Positions 62,539 to 64,000 of a DNA stretch of 64,000 bases are shown piece after piece. This DNA is from Deltaproteobacteria bacterium (GTDB lineage Bacteria > Myxococcota_A > UBA9160 > SMWR01), in assembly GCA_031405455.1 (NCBI GenBank), contig JANNIY010000178.1, forward strand, positions 19,257-83,256, given 5' to 3'. A program made the position numbers and the translations under genes. Position 1 is the stretch's first letter. Each line of letters opens with the position of its first letter. The notes below the pieces were generated by a model that had not been told where the DNA came from, made no database searches, and saw nothing but the letters and a program-made list of their open reading frames with translations.

Positions 62539-62892
62539 ATGCCGAGGCGCACGCTTGCACGCGAGACGACCCGCCGTTTCCGCCGACGCACGCTGCGCGT
62601 GTTCGTCGAATACCTGTGCGCGGGCGGCCTGTGCTGCGACCCCGCGACGACCCTCGGCGCAGGCGGCCTCTTCGTCGAAACCGAGTCGCCGCAGCGCGAG
62701 GGCACGTCCCTCAAGCTGTGCTTTCAACTTCCGGAGAGCGCGACCCGGCACGAGATCGAGGGTCGCGTGGTGTGGGCGCGCCGCCCGGGCAGCCCCGGTA
62801 GCCAGGCCGCGGGCATGGGCATCGAATTCACCGATCGCGCGGCGTCCGCTCGCCTCGCACGCGAACTCTCCGAACTCGACGGGAATTCCTGA
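62539..62892 (+). CDS. PilZ-like domain protein (TIGR02266-like)
   Basis: RRFRRR (RxxxR), ...LGAGGLFVET..., GRVVW.....GMGIEF. GAGGAAG lies 6 nt upstream of ATG 62539. Confidence 0.7.
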   Translation: MPRRTLARETTRRFRRRTLRVFVEYLCAGGLCCDPATTLGAGGLFVETESPQREGTSLKLCFQLPESATRHEIEGRVVWARRPGSPGSQAAGMGIEFTDRAASARLARELSELDGNS

Positions 62893-62914
62893 ACCGCCGT
62901 TTCCGCACGGCGGT
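62893..62914. terminator. hairpin between the convergent PilZ and lpxC genes
   Basis: ACCGCCG-N8-CGGCGGT, a 7-bp stem that fills most of the 31-nt gap between the two stop codons. No U-tract. Confidence 0.4.
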
Positions 62915-62923
62915 GCTCGGCGG

Positions 62924-63826
62924 CTAGGCGGGCGACAGCAGCGGCGCGAGATCGGGTGTGCGGCGCGCTCCCGACTCGCGCAGGCGCCATGCACGCGGGT
63001 GCTCGAGAAGCGCCGCGACCAGGCGGTGATGCAGCGCGTGCCCCCCGCACTCGACCTTCACGTGCCCGTCGATCGAAACCCCGAGCAGGGCGAGATCACC
63101 GAGCAGATCGAGCACTTTGTGACGCACGAACTCGTCGGGCCAGCGCAGGCCGTCGGGGTTGAGCACACGCGAATCGTCGAGCAGAACCGTGTTGCGAAGC
63201 GAGCCGCCCCTGGCGAGTCCCGCGTTCCACAGCGCGCGCACGTCTTGCAGAAAGCCGAAGGTGCGCGCCGACGCGATCTCCCGTTCGAAGCGCGTGGGAT
63301 CGAGGACTCCGAGCCGCAGCTCCTGGCGCCGGATCGCCGGGTGCGCGAAGTCGACGGCATAGGAAATCTGCAATCCGCGCGCGGGCTCGATCCGGATGCG
63401 CCGCCCACCCTCGTCGACTTCGATGGGCTCGAGCACGCGCAACACCGGACGCGGCGCGTGCTGAACGCGCAGGCCTGCGCTGCGGATCAGATAGACGAAG
63501 GCTGCCGCGCTGCCGTCCATCACGGGCAACTCGGGCCCGTCGACGCTGACGCGGACGTTGTCGACGCCGAGGCCGTGGAGGGCTGCGAGCAGGTGTTCGA
63601 CCGTGCCGACGCTCGCGTCGCCGCTGCCGAGCGTGGTGGCGAGGCGCGTCGAGGTGACGCTGCCCGGACGCGCCGGAATCTCGACCGCATGCGCGTGATC
63701 CGTGCGCACGAAGACGATGCCCGTGCCGGCACGCGCCGGCGACAACGCGAGACGCACCGGCGCGCCGCTGTGCAGGCCGCTGCCGGTACAGGAAACCGAC
63801 TCGGCGAGCGTCTGTTGCTTTCGCAA
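62924..63826 (-). CDS. lpxC: UDP-3-O-acyl-N-acetylglucosamine deacetylase
   Basis: TTG 63826 gives [21 protein letters not shown], collinear with E. coli [47 protein letters not shown] and [13 protein letters not shown] are present. The ORF extension to 63979 is probably leader. Confidence 0.92.
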   Translation of the reverse strand: [300 protein letters not shown]

Positions 63827-64000
63827 GAATCCCCCACGGTCGCCAGCTTCGATCCGTCGCGGCTCGCGTAACAGCAAGCCGTATGCCGGATCCCGGATTC
63901 CTGCGATCTCCTGCGGTCTCTCCAAGAAGCCTTTTGAATCCAATACTTGGATCATAACTGCGGGATTTTCGACGCGCACGGAGGCGGCTCGTGCGAAGCG

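Overview
High-GC (about 70%, locally 75-80%) chromosomal window from a diderm bacterium. lpxC, a giant TPR protein, a TIGR02266-like PilZ protein and NtrC-type regulators suggest a Myxococcota/deltaproteobacterial lineage, but that is inference only. I support about 50 protein genes and found no rRNA, tRNA, CRISPR array, transposase or integrase. Layout: (i) 1-3.2 kb, radical SAM gene 3' end, hflX and a RumA-type rRNA methyltransferase. (ii) 3.2-8.0 kb, a visibly lower-GC accessory patch with a translationally coupled operon (propeller-like protein, sulfotransferase, small membrane protein), a higBA toxin-antitoxin cassette that appears to split a gene remnant, further gene debris, and ridA. 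(iii) 8.1-13.7 kb, SGNH hydrolase plus GT-C membrane glycosyltransferase, then a COG2509-type FAD oxidoreductase and a THUMP methyltransferase. (iv) 13.8-23.3 kb, glycogen cluster glgC-glgA-glgX-malQ-glgP with a coupled unknown secreted protein. (v) 23.4-32.2 kb, cupin, GT1, GS-like gene, purF-purL-purQ and divergent purC. (vi) 32.2-36.7 kb, four uncharacterised genes (ATP-grasp, 64-aa basic protein, GT-C-like membrane protein, exported Gly/Pro-tailed protein). (vii) 36.8-48.7 kb, a long minus-strand array rimP-nusA-infB-DUF503-rbfA-truB-rpsO-pnp-dut-cdsA-purB-purS. (viii) pyrD-pyrK behind an NtrY/NtrX-like two-component pair. (ix) a 2623-aa TPR protein plus PilZ, convergent with lpxC. The best candidates for something undescribed are the sulfotransferase module in the low-GC patch and the ATP-grasp / small-protein / GT-C / exported-protein cluster. 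All functional calls rest on motif recognition by eye; no database search was run.
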